From positions 4,256,001 to 4,320,000 of the forward strand of contig OZ242010.1 of assembly GCA_965204745.1 (NCBI GenBank): DNA of 64,000 nt, written 5' to 3'. Of this stretch, positions 60,394-64,000 are shown in pieces. The stretch is from Candidatus Latescibacterota bacterium (GTDB lineage Bacteria > Latescibacterota > UBA2968). The stretch's first letter is position 1. Every line of letters starts with the position of its first letter. The position numbers and the translations under genes were made by a program. The notes below the pieces were generated by a model that was not told the DNA's origin, made no database searches, and saw only the letters and a list, made by a program, of their open reading frames with translations.

Positions 60394-62073
60394 TTACTCC
60401 AATTCCGTCGCATCTCGAATCGCGTACCGATAGCCCTGTTCCGTGAGAAAGGTCTGCCGGTTGCGGGCAAATTCTTGTTCGCGGGTGTCGCGGGTGACGA
60501 GCGTGTAAAAGTGGGCCATGCCCCCATCGGATTTGGGGCGCAGGATGCGACCGAGGCGTTGCGCTTCTTCTTGGCGCGAGCCATAGGTACCGGAAATCTG
60601 AATGGCGACACTCGCATCCGGCAGGTCGACGGCAAAATTGGCGACTTTGGACACGACGAGGAGCGAGAGTTCGCCCCGCCGAAACGCCTCGTACATGCGG
60701 TCGCGGTCTTCGGTCGGAGTCTTGCCCATAATCACGGGCGCGCCGAGTTCTCGGGCCACTTGTTCGACTTGGCGGATGTATTGTGCGATGACCAGAATTT
60801 GTTCGCCCTGGTGCTTTGCGATCAGGTGTTTGATCAACGGGATTTTGTCCACATTTTCAGATGCCATGCGAAACTTGGCGTGTCCATCTGCTACCGCGTA
60901 GTCGAGCCGCCGGCCCTTTGGCAGGGGCAGGCGAATTTCACAGCATTCCGCGGTCGCAATCCACCCGCTCGATTCGAGTTCGCGCCAGGGCACGTCGTAG
61001 CGTTTGGGGCCGATCAGGGAAAAAACATCGGTTTCCAAACCGTCTTCGCGCACGAGCGTGGCGGTCAATCCCAAACGCCGGCGGGATTGCAATTCCGCGG
61101 TGAAGCGAAACACGGGCGCGGGCAAGAGATGCACCTCATCGTAAATAATCAACCCCCAGTTGCCCTCGTTGAACAGCCCGAAATGCGGGAACTCGCCATC
61201 TCGGGTTTTGCGATAGGTCAAGATATTGTACGTGGCAATGGTGATGGGCCGAATCTCTTTGCGCTCCCCGGAATATTCGCCGATCTGCTCGGGGGTCAGG
61301 CTGGTTTTGTCCAAGAGCTCTGCTTTCCACTGCCGAGACGCCGTGATGTTGGTGGTCAAAATCAGGGTCTCGCACTGAAGCGCGTTCATCGCGGCCATGC
61401 CCACGATGGTCTTGCCCGCGCCGCACGGCAAAACCACTGTGCCGCTGCCGCCGTCCGGGCCTCCGCCCGCGTGGAAAATATCCACGGCCTCGCGCTGGTA
61501 ATCGCGCAGCGCGAACGCACGGCCCGACAGGGCGATTTTGCGATGCTGAAATGCGAGGGTTCTGCCCGTGAGATAGCCCGCGCGGTCTTTGACCGGGAAC
61601 CCGATGCGCGTGAGGGCTTGTTTGAGATGCCCCCGGTACATGGGCGAAACCCGGATGCGGTGCGCGTCGAGCCGTTTTTCCAAATAGGGCTGGACGAGTT
61701 TGTGGCGGCAAATTTCGACGATGATCAACGGGTCTTCAGAAGACAGGATGAGCGCGCCATTTTCCCTGTCGAGATGCACCTTGCCATACCGGCTCATGGC
61801 CTCGCGGATTTCGACGCCCACATTTTGCGGAATCTCGTACTTGCCGTAGGTCTCGAGGGTGGCGATGATTTCCTCGGTGGTGACGCCTGCCGCGGCCGCA
61901 TTCCACAGCGAGAGGGGGTTGATCCGGTACGTGTGCATGTGCTCCGGGCTTTTCTCCAACTCGGCAAACCGCACGAGTCGGTCGCGCGCCGCTTCGTAGT
62001 GGGGCGAATTGACCTCCACGAGCACGGTGAGATCGCTCTGGATGATGAGGGGATTTTCGGGTTTGTAGTTCAT
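60394..62073 (-). CDS. XPB/Ssl2-like DNA repair helicase
   Basis: PLIIQSDLTVL, FAELEKSPEHMHTYRI, LRDYQ, LPCGAGKT, DEVH, GLTAT, SRQEEAQRLGRILR. Confidence 0.95.
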   Translation of the reverse strand: MNYKPENPLIIQSDLTVLVEVNSPHYEAARDRLVRFAELEKSPEHMHTYRINPLSLWNAAAAGVTTEEIIATLETYGKYEIPQNVGVEIREAMSRYGKVHLDRENGALILSSEDPLIIVEICRHKLVQPYLEKRLDAHRIRVSPMYRGHLKQALTRIGFPVKDRAGYLTGRTLAFQHRKIALSGRAFALRDYQREAVDIFHAGGGPDGGSGTVVLPCGAGKTIVGMAAMNALQCETLILTTNITASRQWKAELLDKTSLTPEQIGEYSGERKEIRPITIATYNILTYRKTRDGEFPHFGLFNEGNWGLIIYDEVHLLPAPVFRFTAELQSRRRLGLTATLVREDGLETDVFSLIGPKRYDVPWRELESSGWIATAECCEIRLPLPKGRRLDYAVADGHAKFRMASENVDKIPLIKHLIAKHQGEQILVIAQYIRQVEQVARELGAPVIMGKTPTEDRDRMYEAFRRGELSLLVVSKVANFAVDLPDASVAIQISGTYGSRQEEAQRLGRILRPKSDGGMAHFYTLVTRDTREQEFARNRQTFLTEQGYRYAIRDATELE

Positions 62074-62095
62074 GATCGTAGTGGAGCGTGAGGTA

Positions 62096-63793
62096 TCATT
62101 CATCTTTTTTTCGCGCAACTGTCACATAATACGCGCCCGCGAGGCGATTGCCATCGTCATCGAGCCACCACGATTGCAAAGTCGCAGGGCCGCGCGGCAA
62201 ATCCACTGTAAAAGAGGCAAAGCGATCATCGGAGCGCACGTCTATCGCCCGTTCGACCTCGCCAATTTGCATCCACGCCCGCGCCACGGGCAGGGCTTTG
62301 CCCGGCATCAACGCGCCGTCGACGCCTTCCATCACAGGGGCTGCTGCTGAAATTGCAAGGCCGGATTCTTCGGGCCAGCGGCGCAAGGCGATTTCGTATT
62401 TGCCCGCTTGTTCCACCGCGAGTTGCCACACACCGCTGTCCATCACGCACCCGCGCACCCCGCTGGGATTGTCGCAATAGACCCCCATCCAATCGCAACT
62501 GGACAACCGCGTGGGGTTTTCCGCAGTTGAGCCGATGGCGATGGGAAAGTAATGGCCGAGATTTTCGCCCACCTCGTCCCACCACGCCTCGTAGTGCGCC
62601 CGCATCGCTTGCACGACATCGGGGTGTTGCTCGGCGATATTCCGCGCTTGCCCGGGGTCGGCATCGAGGTGGTACAGTTCGGCATCATCCACCAACCGCC
62701 AGCGGTTCCAAATCACCGCGGCATTGCCCTGGCGCGTGGTTCGGTTGCCCGTTGGCACGAGGTGCCCGTATTGCACGACGAACATTCTGTCTGCCAATTC
62801 GTCTTCCCCGCGCAAAAGGCCGCCCAGGGAAACCCCGTCAAAAGCCGCGTCTTCGGGCGCGTCCAAGCCGCACAGGGAAATCAGGGTCGGCAACACGTCC
62901 GTGCCGTGCGCGGGACTGGGAATGTCGCGCGGGTTGCCCAACGCCCCATCGGGCCAACGCACGAAAAACGGCACGCGATGCCCGCCCTCGTACAGCGTGG
63001 TCTTTTTGCCGCGCATGCCCGCGTTGTACACGGACTCGCCCGTTGCAGTGCCATTATCGGTCATGAAAATCAACAGGGTATTGTCGCGCAACCCGGTTTC
63101 TGTGAGAACCGCATCCAACTTGCCCATGTTCTCGTCGATATTCGCGATCATCCCGTAAAAACTGGCGACATTGTAAGGCACCTGCGCGAGGTAGGGCTGG
63201 CGATACTCGTCGGGCACCCACAGCGGGGTATGGGGCGCGTTGGTGGCGATGTACGCGAAAAACGGCGCGTCGCCCTGCGCTTTGATCCAGTCTATCGCCT
63301 CGTCGAACCACACATCCGTGCAGTATCCTTCAAACGCCTCTAGCGCGCCGTTGTGCCGATAGTGGTCGTCAAAATAATCATTGCCAAAATAATCCGCAAC
63401 CGACGTAATGCCCCACGCGGGATGGTGAATCGTTTCGTGAAATCCCCGATCTTGCGGGCGATACGGATAATTGTCGCCCAAGTGCCATTTTCCAAAATGG
63501 CCCGTGCGATACCCATTGCGGGCAAAAATATCCGCCATAGTCGGCAATTCCGGATTCATCAGCGACCGCCCCATGCACACAAATGTCGCGCCATTGCGAA
63601 GCGCGTCTTGCCCGGTCAACAATTCCCCGCGCGTGGGCGTACACATCGGCGCGACGTGAAAATCCGTGAACCGAACGCTCTCGGTGTATAGCGCGTCCAA
63701 ATGCGGCGTTTTGATGATCGGATTGCCATGGCAGGCCAAATCGCCATAGCCCTGATCATCTGTCAACACAAAAATCACATTGGGTTTGTCCAT
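62096..63793 (-). CDS. Arylsulfatase (S1, Cys-type formylglycine)
   Basis: PNVIFVLTDDQG, CTPTR, GKWHLG, TDNG, YEGGHRVP. Confidence 0.95.
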   Translation of the reverse strand: MDKPNVIFVLTDDQGYGDLACHGNPIIKTPHLDALYTESVRFTDFHVAPMCTPTRGELLTGQDALRNGATFVCMGRSLMNPELPTMADIFARNGYRTGHFGKWHLGDNYPYRPQDRGFHETIHHPAWGITSVADYFGNDYFDDHYRHNGALEAFEGYCTDVWFDEAIDWIKAQGDAPFFAYIATNAPHTPLWVPDEYRQPYLAQVPYNVASFYGMIANIDENMGKLDAVLTETGLRDNTLLIFMTDNGTATGESVYNAGMRGKKTTLYEGGHRVPFFVRWPDGALGNPRDIPSPAHGTDVLPTLISLCGLDAPEDAAFDGVSLGGLLRGEDELADRMFVVQYGHLVPTGNRTTRQGNAAVIWNRWRLVDDAELYHLDADPGQARNIAEQHPDVVQAMRAHYEAWWDEVGENLGHYFPIAIGSTAENPTRLSSCDWMGVYCDNPSGVRGCVMDSGVWQLAVEQAGKYEIALRRWPEESGLAISAAAPVMEGVDGALMPGKALPVARAWMQIGEVERAIDVRSDDRFASFTVDLPRGPATLQSWWLDDDGNRLAGAYYVTVARKKDE

Positions 63794-63985
63794 CTACGCC
63801 CCGTCCTTTCCAAAAACCACATCATCGCCAAATCGCTTTCGGCCCTTTGCGGCAGGGCCGACAATATCCACCTTGCCCTGCCCATCACGCAACGCCCCAG
63901 CCGGGATACTTATCGGGATCCGCGAATACCTGACCGAGATCGAGAAATCCTCTGGCGCCGCGTTTGCCGTACTCAAATGGGTCAT
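63794..63985 (-). CDS. Small hypothetical protein
   Basis: GGAGG RBS, 63 aa, stop adjacent to the sulfatase start; no family recognised. Confidence 0.4.
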   Translation of the reverse strand: MTHLSTANAAPEDFSISVRYSRIPISIPAGALRDGQGKVDIVGPAAKGRKRFGDDVVFGKDGA

Positions 63986-64000
63986 GTGTCGCCTCCATCC

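Noticed and set aside
60388-62091. 567-aa plus-strand ORF
   Set aside because: Antisense to the XPB-like helicase over almost its whole length.

Overview
Bacterial chromosome window, GC-rich with AT-richer patches. The dockerin-like EF-hand pair, CARDB and YWTD repeat proteins, sulfatase and expanded Rpn genes suggest an FCB-group lineage such as Latescibacterota (inference only). Housekeeping genes: ligA (partial), trxA, holA, tilS-ftsH-folP, HU/IHF, an XPB-like helicase and a UbiA/DGGGPS-like prenyltransferase. Transport loci: a TolC-MFP-AcrB pump; an unusual five-gene RND/ABC hybrid operon with an AcrB-ABC-ATPase fusion and a permease fused to an M1-peptidase-like domain lacking HEXXH; and an MlaC-like/MMPL pair. 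The accessory region (39.5-54 kb) holds two six-bladed YWTD beta-propellers whose scaffold DNA is nearly identical in all 12 blades while two loops per blade are hypervariable. One propeller caps an 18-CARDB giant surface protein. The region also has a duplicated 350-bp leader, a G13 tract in a leader ORF, and three tandem Rpn nucleases, each with an internal SD+ATG that could yield an intragenic antitoxin. Mobile DNA: two IS903-like copies inserted in heptamer repeats with reciprocally swapped flanks, and an IS5-derived MITE family, one copy of which sits in a dead hicA. No rRNA, tRNA, CRISPR array or reverse transcriptase was recognised. All calls come from reading the sequence; no database searches were run.
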